A DNA stretch of 64,000 nucleotides from Spirochaetia bacterium (GCA_963666985.2 CAXXIA010000001.1:64001-128000); one strand, 5' to 3'; shown: positions 1 through 9,170, numbered from the stretch's first letter. Notes: generated by a model from the letters alone, not told the origin. Translations and numbers: made by a program.

Positions 1-1006
1 TATGAAGCACTTTGTCGATGAACTCGACCGACAGAACAACAAGAATCCCGGCGATGGCACCGATAACGATGGCCGCACCGGGAGAGACGAATCCACATCC
101 GGCGGTAATGCCGACCAAACCGGCCAGGGCGCCGTTAAGGCTCATTGAAACATCGGGCTTTCCGCTCATAATCCAGATCGTGAACATGGCGAACACCGCG
201 GCGGCGGCGGCGGCCAATGTTGTCGTAACGGCGACGGTCGCCATCGAAGTATCCGTTCCGCTCAAAGTCGAACCGGCGTTGAATCCGTACCACCCGAACC
301 AGAGAATGAAAACACCAAGGGCTGCCAGGGGCAGGTTATGGCCCATAATGGCCTTCACGGTAACCTTGCCGTCTTTCTTCACGTATTTGCCGATCCGCGG
401 TCCGAGCGTGATGGCGCCGGCCAGCGCGAACCAGGCGCCTACGCTGTGGACGACGGTGGAACCGGCGAAATCGGCGAAACCTCTGCTGATGAGCCAGCCG
501 CCGCCCCACATCCAGTGGCCGGATATCGGGTAGAAAACGCCGGAGATGAAAACGGAATAAATCAGGTAACTGGTGAATTTGGTCCTCTCGGCCATGGCGC
601 CGGACACGATGGTGGCGGCGGTGGCGGCGAAGACCACCTGGAAGAACCAGTCGCGCATCAGAGAGGTATCGCCGGTTACGGCGAAATCGCTCCAGCCCAG
701 GAATCCGCCGATGGAATCGCCGTACATCAGGGCCCAGCCGATGGCCCAGTACATAATGGCGCCGACGGAAAAGTCCATAAGGTTTTTCATGATGATGTTT
801 CCGGCATTCTTCGCGCGGGTCAGTCCCGTTTCAACCATGGCAAAACCGGCCTGCATGAAGAACACCAGCGCGGCCGCGAGAACAAGCCAGATGGCATCGA
901 AAGCGGCTTTGATTTCATCGCCGGAAAGCTCTTCGGCAAATCCTCCGGATATGGGAATCAGGAGTAATACGGCGAGAACCGCCAGGAAACGTATTTTTCG
1001 GTTCAT
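1..1006 (-). CDS. amtB: Ammonium transporter (Amt family), 3' end outside the window
   Basis: Not in the ORF track because it runs off the left edge. Reading from ATG at 1006 gives a signal-peptide-like N-terminus, then VFFMQAGFAMVETGLTRAKNAGNIIMKNLMDF, FQVVFAATAATIVSGAMAER, DFAGSTVVHSVGAW and LWFGWYGFNAGS, all Amt signatures. Confidence 0.95.
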   Translation of the reverse strand, partial: MNRKIRFLAVLAVLLLIPISGGFAEELSGDEIKAAFDAIWLVLAAALVFFMQAGFAMVETGLTRAKNAGNIIMKNLMDFSVGAIMYWAIGWALMYGDSIGGFLGWSDFAVTGDTSLMRDWFFQVVFAATAATIVSGAMAERTKFTSYLIYSVFISGVFYPISGHWMWGGGWLISRGFADFAGSTVVHSVGAWFALAGAITLGPRIGKYVKKDGKVTVKAIMGHNLPLAALGVFILWFGWYGFNAGSTLSGTDTSMATVAVTTTLAAAAAAVFAMFTIWIMSGKPDVSMSLNGALAGLVGITAGCGFVSPGAAIVIGAIAGILVVLSVEFIDKVLH

Positions 1007-1046
1007 ACTTTCCTACCTTTTTTATTTGTATTCTTGCCGGCTTAGA

Positions 1047-1063
1047 AGCTAAATGCGTGCCAA
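1047..1063 (-). promoter_or_regulatory. sigma54 (-24/-12) promoter of amtB
   Basis: Minus strand reads TTGGCACGCATTTAGCT, i.e. TGGCAC with GG-N10-GC spacing, 40 bp upstream of the amt start. A sigma54 activator gene lies next door. Confidence 0.85.
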
Positions 1064-1162
1064 GTTTAGGTTGGAAAACAAATGGTATTTCTTAAATATT
1101 TCTATTGTAAGGAAATAATAAATGACCCCCGAAGCTTCGCCGTTACCGCCACATCCCAAACG

Positions 1163-1192
1163 AAAAAAAACCGACCCCGGAGAGGGAGTCGG
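1163..1192 (-). terminator. Rho-independent terminator of the NifA-like gene
   Basis: Minus strand CCGACTCC-ctctcc-GGGGTCGG followed by T8. Confidence 0.75.
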
Positions 1193-1241
1193 TTTCCTAC
1201 GTTTATGTAGCAGTTAAAGAAGTTTCCTACATTTATGTGCG
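1192..1241. promoter_or_regulatory. Putative enhancer (UAS) pair for the sigma54 activator: CCTAC-N6-GTAG-like sites
   Basis: GTTTCCTACgTTTATGT (1192-1208) and GTTTCCTACaTTTATGT (1222-1238) lie 30 bp apart and about 130-180 bp upstream of the -24 box. Related sites occur at 2801-2816 and 2847-2862. Confidence 0.6.
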
Positions 1242-2792
1242 GTATTTTTTCGGATCGATTTCGAACTTATCAACGCGCAGGCCCATGATGCGCTCCGAGA
1301 TTCCCAGATGCCGTGCGGCTTCGGCGCGGTTCCCCCTGGAGGTTTTCAAAGCCTCACGAATCAGTTCCTCTTCAAGCTTATCGAGCGCTTCGGGAAGCGT
1401 GCTTGCCAGGCCCGTATTGGTGGATTCCGCGGACTGCAGACTCGGAGGAAGATGATAGGCATGCACAACATCGTCGGTGGAGAGCAGAACCGCCCGTTCG
1501 ATGCAGTTTTCCAGTTCCCTGACATTTCCCGGCCAATGGTAGCTTGTCAGAAGATCGATGGCCGAACTCGAAATGCGCCGAACCGTTTTTCGGTTTTTAT
1601 TGGAATACTTTTCCACGAAGTGGTCGGCCAACAGCATGATGTCGCCGTGTCTTTCCCGCAGGGGGGGAAGATGAATGGGAAAAACGTTCAAGCGGTAGAA
1701 AAGGTCTTCTCTGAATTTCCCTTCGATAATTCCGTCTTCCAGGGATCGGTTGGTGGCGGCGATGATGCGGACGTCCACCGGAATGGTTTCGCTTCCGCCG
1801 ACGCGTTCGATTTCCCGTTCCTGCAAAACCCGCAGGAGCTTAACCTGAATAAGCGGCGAGAGTTCTCCGATTTCGTCCAGAAAAATGGTTCCGCCGTCGG
1901 CCATTTCGAAACGGCCTTTACGGGTTTTTACGGCGCCGGTGAAGGCTCCTTCCTCATGACCGAAAAGTTCGGATTCAATCACGCCTTCGGGAAGGGCCGC
2001 GCAGTTGACTTTGATGAAGCTCTTTCCTGCTCTGGGACTGTTGTAATGAAGGGCATTGGCGATCAGTTCCTTCCCCGTGCCGCTTTCACCGCGGACAAGC
2101 ACCGTGGCTTCACTGGGAGCAACCTGTTTCACCAGATCGTAAACCTGCTTCATGGAGCGGTTGTTTCCGATCATATTCTGCGGCTGGAAGGATTCCCTGA
2201 GGGCTTCCTGAAGTCTGTTGTTTTCTTCTTCCAGGGCCTTCTGGGCCTCTTCCGAATCCCGGCGGAGCTGGACCGCGCGGGCAATCATGCTGCCGATGAT
2301 GGTCAGTAGGCGGACATCTTCGTCCAGAGCGATTTCATCACCGAATAAACGGTCGCTGGAAAGAGCGCCGACGGTATCCTGGCCGATTTTGATGGGCACG
2401 CAGATGAAGCCCGTGGATATGGCACCGGAGCGTGCTCCGGTTCTATCCAGGAATCCGGGTTCCGTGGAAATATCGGGAACGACGATGTGTTCTCCGGACT
2501 GAATAACGCGGCCGGTAATGCCTTCACCGAGTTTATAGCGTCCTTTGGCCTGCTCTTCTCCCGTCAGTCCGTAAGCCGCTGAGATTCGGATTTCACCCGT
2601 ATGGCGGTTCAGCAGGGTTACCGTGCCCCGGTGCATGCCCATATGCTCGGCAATAGCCTCCAGAACCGGTGAAATGATTTGATTCAGATCGAGACTCATG
2701 TCCAGAATCTGGCTGATTTCGAAAAGGAGTGTGAGTTCTTGGATTCGACGGCGATAATGACGCCCGTCAATGCGTTCTTCTGTTTCCAGCAT
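1233..2792 (-). CDS. NifA-like sigma54-dependent transcriptional activator (GAF-AAA+-Fis HTH)
   Basis: N-terminal GAF region, Walker A GESGTGKE, ESELFGHEEGAFTGA, Walker B IFLDEIGE, WPGNVRELEN and a C-terminal HTH. Confidence 0.93.
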   Translation of the reverse strand: MLETEERIDGRHYRRRIQELTLLFEISQILDMSLDLNQIISPVLEAIAEHMGMHRGTVTLLNRHTGEIRISAAYGLTGEEQAKGRYKLGEGITGRVIQSGEHIVVPDISTEPGFLDRTGARSGAISTGFICVPIKIGQDTVGALSSDRLFGDEIALDEDVRLLTIIGSMIARAVQLRRDSEEAQKALEEENNRLQEALRESFQPQNMIGNNRSMKQVYDLVKQVAPSEATVLVRGESGTGKELIANALHYNSPRAGKSFIKVNCAALPEGVIESELFGHEEGAFTGAVKTRKGRFEMADGGTIFLDEIGELSPLIQVKLLRVLQEREIERVGGSETIPVDVRIIAATNRSLEDGIIEGKFREDLFYRLNVFPIHLPPLRERHGDIMLLADHFVEKYSNKNRKTVRRISSSAIDLLTSYHWPGNVRELENCIERAVLLSTDDVVHAYHLPPSLQSAESTNTGLASTLPEALDKLEEELIREALKTSRGNRAEAARHLGISERIMGLRVDKFEIDPKKYRT

Positions 2793-2871
2793 GCACGGAT
2801 CTTACGGAATTGTAGGAATTGTAGCAAGACCATCTTTGTCTGAAAAGCGACACTGATGTAGGATTCCGTTA

Positions 2872-3648
2872 TCAGCCCGCGGTGAAACCGGTAAAAAGGG
2901 CGGCGGCCGCGGGCGGTCCCATGGCCGCCAGGAAGAGAAGCCGATCACCGGCACGGACGGAGAGATTCGGTCCCGTCGGATCTTCCGTAAAACATCGGGA
3001 GAGGAGGGCTTCAGCCGTCAGATCCGAACGCTTCAGAGCCGATTCGGCCATCGGCAGCGCCAGGACGGCGGCTCTTCGGAAAATCGATTTGCGGTTTTGC
3101 AGTCCGCGGCTTAAGGCCGCATCCCGGATGGTCGCCGTTTCATCCATAATCAGCGGGAGAAAGGAAATGGTGAGCATTAGGGCGGAGGCGACGGCGCCCG
3201 ACCACTTTTTGGGTAAAAACGATAAAATTTTCCGGACGGCGCCGGCCAGATCCGCCGGATCGGTCGAGGAGGCCAGAAGCTGGCCGGCAAGGAGTATGAC
3301 CAGAAGCCGGCCAGCGCGAAGCGTTCCCGTTAGCAGACCCGTTATTCCTATCGGAAACTGTATCCCGCCGATTATCAGAGGCGGCGCGGGTTCGGCGAAG
3401 CCCGCCGAAACGATGATGGCGGCGGCCATAACGGCCCAAAAGAGCAGGGGACGGCGCATGCGTTTCGGAGACGTTCCCGCCGCCGCATGAAAGCCGAGAA
3501 CGGTTATTCCGACGGCGGCCGTAACCGTTCCGTTCCCCGCCAATGCGAGAATGCTCCAAGCGGCCAATTCAAGCAGCTTTAATCGCGGATCGTGCCGGTG
3601 CCATATGGACACCCCCGGCTTATAGTGGAGAAATTCGAGTTCTCTCAT
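2872..3648 (-). CDS. ECF transporter transmembrane component (EcfT/BioN-like)
   Basis: Hydrophobic protein with HDPRLKL near the N-terminus and two SRG/SRC coupling motifs. Follows the ECF ATPase and bioY. Confidence 0.85.
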   Translation of the reverse strand: MRELEFLHYKPGVSIWHRHDPRLKLLELAAWSILALAGNGTVTAAVGITVLGFHAAAGTSPKRMRRPLLFWAVMAAAIIVSAGFAEPAPPLIIGGIQFPIGITGLLTGTLRAGRLLVILLAGQLLASSTDPADLAGAVRKILSFLPKKWSGAVASALMLTISFLPLIMDETATIRDAALSRGLQNRKSIFRRAAVLALPMAESALKRSDLTAEALLSRCFTEDPTGPNLSVRAGDRLLFLAAMGPPAAAALFTGFTAG

Positions 3649-4460
3649 AATGTCGGCTTCTCTGGTTTTTTATCCGGCGCATCCGCGGCCGAGCCGGCGG
3701 GGAAATCCCGCGGTTCGCGGGCCCAGCTCATCGTGCTTACATCACCTTCGGGCCTGCGAACGCCTATTTCTTCAACTTCATTAATTATATCGAGGGGATT
3801 TCCTTCGGCATGGATGCGTCCGCCGTTCATGAGAATCAGACGATCCGCATGAGAGAGAATCTTCGCCAAATCATGAGTAATCAGAAGAATGGTGGTGCCT
3901 CCGGTTCGGAGACGATTCAAGACGGTGATGAGATCGGCGCAGCCCGGCCAGTCCAGACCCGTAAACGGTTCGTCCAGAACCAGAATGTCCGGTTCCATGG
4001 CCAGGACTCCCGCCACCGCCAGCCTCCGTTTTTCTCCTCCCGAGAGTGTATGGGGACGGCGTTCGTCGAATCCGATAAGGCCCGCGGCGGCCAGCGCCTG
4101 CCGCACCCGCTTCTCGATTTCGGGCCGAGAGAGCCGCAGATTCTCCGGACCGAAGGCCGCATCGCGGGCCACGGTCTGTCCGACAATCTGAGCGTCGGCG
4201 TCCTGGAACACAAGCCCGATTCTGCGCCGGGTAAGGGAAAGATTCTCCGTAATCGGGATACCGTCCAGAAGAATCCGACCGGAGGTCGGACGCATCAGGC
4301 CGTTCAAATGACGCATAAAAACCGTTTTCCCGCTGCCGTTGGGACCGGCAAGGATGGTGAATGACGCTTTCTCTATGCATAGGCTGATGTCATTCAATAC
4401 GGCCGTGCCGTCGGGAAACACATGGCGCAAATTCTGAATCGCCAGAAGAGGAGGAATCAA
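3645..4460 (-). CDS. ECF transporter ATP-binding component (EcfA/BioM-like)
   Basis: GPNGSGKT, VFQDADAQ, LSGGEKRR and LDEPFTGLD. The TTG start overlaps the bioY stop. Confidence 0.9.
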   Translation of the reverse strand: MIPPLLAIQNLRHVFPDGTAVLNDISLCIEKASFTILAGPNGSGKTVFMRHLNGLMRPTSGRILLDGIPITENLSLTRRRIGLVFQDADAQIVGQTVARDAAFGPENLRLSRPEIEKRVRQALAAAGLIGFDERRPHTLSGGEKRRLAVAGVLAMEPDILVLDEPFTGLDWPGCADLITVLNRLRTGGTTILLITHDLAKILSHADRLILMNGGRIHAEGNPLDIINEVEEIGVRRPEGDVSTMSWAREPRDFPAGSAADAPDKKPEKPTL

Positions 4461-5023
4461 CTTTCGGCGCTCCCGGTACGGATGCGGTCTTTCAACGCCG
4501 CCCCAACGGCAACGGCCGCGGCCGCTTTAACAGCGTCGCCGATAAGAAAGGGAACGGTGTATTTGGTCCACGTGGCGGCCCAAGACCAATCCTCCACGCG
4601 GCCCATGAGCTGCCGGTGCATCCAGGGCAGACCGGGAATATAAATCGCAGCCGTACCGGCCAGGGCCGCAAGGATGAGGGCGGGGAGGGCCGCTTTGCCG
4701 GCCCGTGAGATCAGTCCTGTTAAAAAGGCGGCCAGGGCATATCCGACGAGGAATCCTCCGGTAGGCCCGGCGATGACCTGAGGTCCTCCCGAACCGCCGG
4801 CGAAAACAGGAAGTCCTATGGTTCCGAGAAAAATGTAGAGACCGACAACGGCAAGACCGAGCCATGGTCCCAAAAGCATTCCGGAAAGAATGATGAAGAG
4901 GGTGGCCATGGTGAACGGGACCAAAGGATTCCAAGGCGCGGGAAAACTGAAAACGGCTCCGATAATCACCAGGGCCGTAAAGGCCGCACAGAGAACGATG
5001 GATTTTACTGTTGTGTCTTTCAT
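4457..5023 (-). CDS. bioY: Biotin transporter substrate-specific component BioY
   Basis: VPFT, YIFLGTIGLPVFAGGSGG, GPTGGFLVGY and PFLIGDAVK BioY motifs. Directly downstream of birA. Confidence 0.92.
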   Translation of the reverse strand: MKDTTVKSIVLCAAFTALVIIGAVFSFPAPWNPLVPFTMATLFIILSGMLLGPWLGLAVVGLYIFLGTIGLPVFAGGSGGPQVIAGPTGGFLVGYALAAFLTGLISRAGKAALPALILAALAGTAAIYIPGLPWMHRQLMGRVEDWSWAATWTKYTVPFLIGDAVKAAAAVAVGAALKDRIRTGSAES

Positions 5024-5041
5024 TCAGGTTCCTTAGTCAAT

Positions 5042-5977
5042 TTATTCGATGTCGCCCGCGCCGATGCGCCGAACGCTGCCGTCTGATCCCCGAAGGCGCA
5101 AGCGTCCGAGTCCGTCGGCGCCGACGACGGTTCCCGAGATTTTCAGAGAGTCCACGAAGTAAGCGGCCTTTTCGCCTTTACCGGTCATAAGGCTGTTCCA
5201 CCAGCGCGGAGTTCCATCGAGACGGAAATCCTCCGATGAGGTCAGAATGTCCATGGTTCCGATCCATTCCTTAAGAAGCGTGCTCCGGTCTACCTCGCGG
5301 CCGAGGAGGGCTTTCATCGAAACGGTGCCGTCCGCCGGGCCGTTGTTGGCGTTGACTCCCAGGCCCAGTGCCGCATAGTGAATCAGGTCTCCCGAGATTT
5401 CCGCTTCACCGAGAACTCCGGCGATTTTTTTCCCGCCGACCAGGACGTCGTTGGGCCACTTTACGTTCGCGGGGATGCCGTAACGGTCCCGCAGGAGCCG
5501 AACCAATCCAGCGGCCGCGGCCATAACGTAGCGCTGGATGCGGAGAGCCGATCCTTTAGGGTGGATCACTCTGGTAACCCAAAGACCGCCTTCCGGAGAC
5601 ATCCATGTCCGCTCCCGGCGTCCGCGGCCGCGGGTTTGCCTCAGAGCGGCAACGATGAAATCCTCCTGCCGCGGACCGGATTCAAGGCTATGGGCTTTAT
5701 CCATTGTCGATGCCGTTTCCCGAAGAACGGTGATGTTTTCCCTCTCCGCGAACTCCCAGGAGGTCAGCAGCGGGATTTCGGTTTCTTCGATGCGGTATCC
5801 CCGGTGTTCCGATTCGATGCGGTAACCGTATTCCCGTAAGGTGCGGACGTGCTTGTGTACGGCGACGCGGCTTATGCCCAGGGCCGCTCCGAGGGTTTCT
5901 CCGGAAAGGGGCGCGGAAGAATCTCGGAGGATTTCGAGAAGTACGCGCTTCGGATCTTGTTCGGATTCGTTAACCAT
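5042..5977 (-). CDS. birA: Bifunctional biotin--protein ligase / repressor BirA
   Basis: N-terminal HTH (LSGETLGAALGISRVAVHKHV), QTRGRGRRERTWMSP, KWPNDV and KIAGVL. Confidence 0.93.
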   Translation of the reverse strand: MVNESEQDPKRVLLEILRDSSAPLSGETLGAALGISRVAVHKHVRTLREYGYRIESEHRGYRIEETEIPLLTSWEFAERENITVLRETASTMDKAHSLESGPRQEDFIVAALRQTRGRGRRERTWMSPEGGLWVTRVIHPKGSALRIQRYVMAAAAGLVRLLRDRYGIPANVKWPNDVLVGGKKIAGVLGEAEISGDLIHYAALGLGVNANNGPADGTVSMKALLGREVDRSTLLKEWIGTMDILTSSEDFRLDGTPRWWNSLMTGKGEKAAYFVDSLKISGTVVGADGLGRLRLRGSDGSVRRIGAGDIE

Positions 5978-5999
5978 CTACGATTGTAAGGTTAACGAA
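5966..5999. promoter_or_regulatory. BirA (biotin) operator overlapping the birA start codon and -10 box
   Basis: Perfect inverted repeat TTCGTTAACC-N14-GGTTAACGAA, matching the spaced TGTtAAC...GTTaACA layout of BirA operators. Confidence 0.75.
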
Positions 6000-6046
6000 A
6001 GTGGGAAAGCCCGTCTACCCGGAGAAAGCGCGGAGTTTTTTGATCA

Positions 6047-7081
6047 TCAGAGCGGCGGCCATCTCAGACGGGGACTTTTAAGCACTTCCGGATTTATAAT
6101 CGAATCCGGAAGGCGGCCTTCGGCGGCGTCCAAAATATCGGAGACGATGGCCTTCCTCATTCTTCCGAGCGCATCTTCGCTGTACCAGCCCATGTGCGGG
6201 GTGATGATGACATTGTCCGTAAAGAAGAGGGGATGTCCTCCCGGCAGCGGTTCGGGATCGGTGGAGTCCAAGGCCGCGCCGGCCAAATGGCCATTTTTGA
6301 GAGCCTCCGTCAGCGCTTCGGTGTCCACGAGACTGCCCCGCGCCGTGTTCACCAGGAGTGCGCCTTTTTTCATTCGGCCCAAAAGATTCCGGTTGAACAT
6401 CCCTTTTGTGTCTTTGGCGGCGGGAATATGAATACTCACCAAGTCCGAGCGGGCGATTAAATCATCAAAGGAAGCGGGTTCCGCACCGAGTTCCCGAATC
6501 CGGCCCTCTTCCATATAAGGATCGCAGGCCAGCACCCGGGAGGCCACCGGCTTCCAGAGCCGGGCCGCCTCGGTTCCGGTTTTCCCGAAACCCACCAAAC
6601 CTACCGTCAGCGATCCCAAACTGCCGTAGGGCATGATTCGCTTCAGGTTCCACCCGGCGTCGGTGCCCATATGCGGCGAGGATGCCACGGACTGCTGAAG
6701 AGGGATTCTTAAGGCCAGGGAGAGCCCCAGGACAAAGGCCTGTTCGGCGGCCTCGCGGCTCCAGAAACCCGGTTCGTTGATGCACACGATGCCCGCTCGG
6801 GTCGCCGCGTTCAGATCAAGATTGTCGTATCCGTCGCCGTGGCGGATGATGAGCCTGCATTCCGAAAGCCCCCGGAGAACCTCCGCCGTTATGTGCGCCT
6901 GGTCCACGACGAGAATGTCGGCATCCTTAACCTCGTTAAGGAGTTCTTCGGCCGGCGCGCCGCGAAGCTGGTGGTGGCGGTAGGCGATGGAAGTCCCGGC
7001 GAATTGTTCTTCTTCCCAATTTAAGTTTTCTTCGACGTAGTCCGTGACGGCGCAAAGGATTTTTTTCTTTTCGGAATCCAT
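6047..7081 (-). CDS. D-isomer-specific 2-hydroxyacid dehydrogenase (CtBP/PGDH-like)
   Basis: RHGDGYDNLD, GLVGFGKTG, VNTARGSLVD, DPEP and ITPHMGWYS. Confidence 0.9.
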   Translation of the reverse strand: MDSEKKKILCAVTDYVEENLNWEEEQFAGTSIAYRHHQLRGAPAEELLNEVKDADILVVDQAHITAEVLRGLSECRLIIRHGDGYDNLDLNAATRAGIVCINEPGFWSREAAEQAFVLGLSLALRIPLQQSVASSPHMGTDAGWNLKRIMPYGSLGSLTVGLVGFGKTGTEAARLWKPVASRVLACDPYMEEGRIRELGAEPASFDDLIARSDLVSIHIPAAKDTKGMFNRNLLGRMKKGALLVNTARGSLVDTEALTEALKNGHLAGAALDSTDPEPLPGGHPLFFTDNVIITPHMGWYSEDALGRMRKAIVSDILDAAEGRLPDSIINPEVLKSPRLRWPPL

Positions 7082-7173
7082 TGCGCCATTATACAGATCG
7101 GGGAACTGAAAAACGATCCCAAGACGGGTAATGAGGTTTCACTATCGGTATTCGGCGTGATTGCGCGTGTATG

Positions 7174-8190
7174 TCAGGCTTCGAAAATCTTCGAAAAGCG
7201 CCGCGGCTCCCTCGCTTTCCATACACCCGAATGGAAAACGGAACTGATCATCAGGGGCAGAACCGTCGTGGCCTCCGCGTACACCATCTGTTCGGCGACG
7301 GTGTCCACCTTTCCCCAGCTGGAAGCTTCCTTCAGAGTCGAGCTGGAACAGGCCCCGTCCCGCACGTCGGCCACGGTAATCTGAACGGCGTAGGCATGCA
7401 TGGGAACTTCCCGGCCCAGAACCTCCGCGCATACCACGGTATCCTGAGCGAAGTTTTTCGGAACGCCGCCGCCGATCATGATCAATCCAGTTTTCTCTGC
7501 GCGGATTTTTACTTCCGTGAGTTCCCGGAAATCCCGTACGCTGTCGATGGAAACGTACTTGTCTTTGCCTTCCTGATGGAGAACCAGCCCGAATCCCGCG
7601 CTGGAGTCGGAGAAGGCCGGACAGAATATCGGAACGTCCATCTCGAAACAGGCCTGCACCAGAGAATCGGCCTTTTTGGCGTTTTTCGTCAGGTAGCGGC
7701 CCATCTCCCGGATAAAAGCGCGGGAACTGTAGATGCCCGGAGGCAGAGAATCGGCGATTTCGCAGATGGTGCGGTCCACAACCTGCAGCTCTTCCTCGTC
7801 GATGAACGTATCATAGATGCGGTCCACATAGTTCTCTCTGAGCACCGAATCGTCGATGAACGGAGTCCCCCGGTAGTGGCGGAATCCCAAGGCTTCCAGG
7901 AAATCCATATCCACGATGGAGGCACCCGTGGCCACCACGGCGTCCACCATTTTGGAGCGGACCATGTCGATGTAAACCTGCATGCATCCGGCCGCCGAGG
8001 TGCTTCCGGCCAGGGTGAGAATCACCGAGCAGTCCTTATCGCCGACCATGTTTCGGATGATTTCCGCGGCCCGTGCCGTATCCCGCGAAGCGAAGGACAT
8101 TTTCGCCATGGCGCCGATGATGGGCGTCGCGTCGAAATCCTTAATGTCGATATGCTCGATGGTTTCCTGAAGCAGATCTTTTTTATTCAT
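7174..8190 (-). CDS. Deoxyhypusine synthase-like protein (SpeY-type, homospermidine pathway)
   Basis: YVDRIYDT, FCPAFSDSSAG, GGGVPKNFAQ and DGACSSSTLKEASSWGKV DHS motifs. The start is placed at ATG 8190 (GGAGAG RBS), overlapping the agmatinase stop. Confidence 0.88.
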   Translation of the reverse strand: MNKKDLLQETIEHIDIKDFDATPIIGAMAKMSFASRDTARAAEIIRNMVGDKDCSVILTLAGSTSAAGCMQVYIDMVRSKMVDAVVATGASIVDMDFLEALGFRHYRGTPFIDDSVLRENYVDRIYDTFIDEEELQVVDRTICEIADSLPPGIYSSRAFIREMGRYLTKNAKKADSLVQACFEMDVPIFCPAFSDSSAGFGLVLHQEGKDKYVSIDSVRDFRELTEVKIRAEKTGLIMIGGGVPKNFAQDTVVCAEVLGREVPMHAYAVQITVADVRDGACSSSTLKEASSWGKVDTVAEQMVYAEATTVLPLMISSVFHSGVWKAREPRRFSKIFEA

Positions 8191-9067
8191 GATTCTCTCC
8201 ATAGGCATGGCGGTAGGCCATGATTTTATAGGCGAGCTTGGCCGCCGTGAATTCGGGCGCGGAATCTCCGTTCGGACAGAGTTCCACGATATCCGCGCCG
8301 ATAACCTTATTCGTTTTGAACAGAGCCGCCAGGGCGCCTGTTAAATGATACCAATTCAGTCCTCCCGGTTCCGGTGTTCCCGTGGCCGCCATAACGGAAG
8401 GATCCAGAACATCGAGATCGACGGTAATATACAGAGGACCCCGGACGGCGTTCGTCATTCGGGTTATCCAGCCGCCTTTTCCATGCGGGCCTTTCTCAGC
8501 GGCGGCATCGGAAGCGATTTCGTCGGCGAATATAACCCGGCTTCGGTCCATTCGTTCGTTTTCCGATCGGTCCATGGACCGGATGCCCACCTGAAAGATC
8601 TTCGCAACTTCCAGGGCCCGGGCCATCACGCAGGCATGGTTGTAGCGGCTTTCCTCGTATTCGTCCCGAAGATCCGAATGGGCGTCGAATTGAACCACCG
8701 TCAAATCAGGATAGCGGGCTGCGGCCGATTCGATGATTCCGGCGCTTACCGAGTGTTCGCCGCCGAGGAACATCGGAAACGATCCGGAATCCCAGATTGA
8801 ACCGCAAAAATCCCGAACCGAAGAGGCCATCGCCTCGGGGGATGAAAAATCATACGCTTTTTCGGCGATTCGAACTCCGGCCCTGTACGGTTCGCTGTCG
8901 GTTTCGATATCGTACAGCTCCACCTGAGAGGACGCTTCAATGAGGGCCCTCGGTCCCCCATCGGCCCCTTTCCTGTACGTACTTGTCCCGTCGTAGGGAA
9001 TCGGTACAATCAGGAAACCGGGATTTTCGGCGGTTTCCGGGATGTCAAGAAAGGGCGAATACGGCAT
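8183..9067 (-). CDS. speB: Agmatinase / ureohydrolase
   Basis: GGEHS, QFDAHSDLR and DLDVLDPSVMAATGTPEPGG. The start is uncertain: ATG 9067 or in-frame ATG 9127. Confidence 0.9.
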   Translation of the reverse strand: MPYSPFLDIPETAENPGFLIVPIPYDGTSTYRKGADGGPRALIEASSQVELYDIETDSEPYRAGVRIAEKAYDFSSPEAMASSVRDFCGSIWDSGSFPMFLGGEHSVSAGIIESAAARYPDLTVVQFDAHSDLRDEYEESRYNHACVMARALEVAKIFQVGIRSMDRSENERMDRSRVIFADEIASDAAAEKGPHGKGGWITRMTNAVRGPLYITVDLDVLDPSVMAATGTPEPGGLNWYHLTGALAALFKTNKVIGADIVELCPNGDSAPEFTAAKLAYKIMAYRHAYGENHE

Positions 9068-9141
9068 CGGCGCTATCCCGGCGCGGACGGCAAAAAAATC
9101 CGGCCAAGATTGTTCGGCCGTCCGCATGAAAAAAGTGAGTA

Positions 9142-9170
9142 ACAATAGACTCCCGATTTAGACGTGTCAA
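9142..9170 (-). promoter_or_regulatory. sigma70 promoter of the speB-DHS operon
   Basis: TTGACA-17 nt-TATTGT on the minus strand. Confidence 0.7.

Noticed and set aside
12..1052. Plus-strand ORFs over amtB, and similar long antisense ORFs elsewhere (1308-2309, 7171-8223, 17076-17999, 57453-58631, 60888-62255, 62778-63983)
   Set aside because: They are shadow frames of well-supported genes on the opposite strand in GC-rich DNA, with no recognisable motifs.
1233..2792. Calling the activator nifA and inferring nitrogen fixation
   Set aside because: The architecture is NifA-like, but there are no nif genes in the window and the candidate binding sites differ from TGT-N10-ACA.
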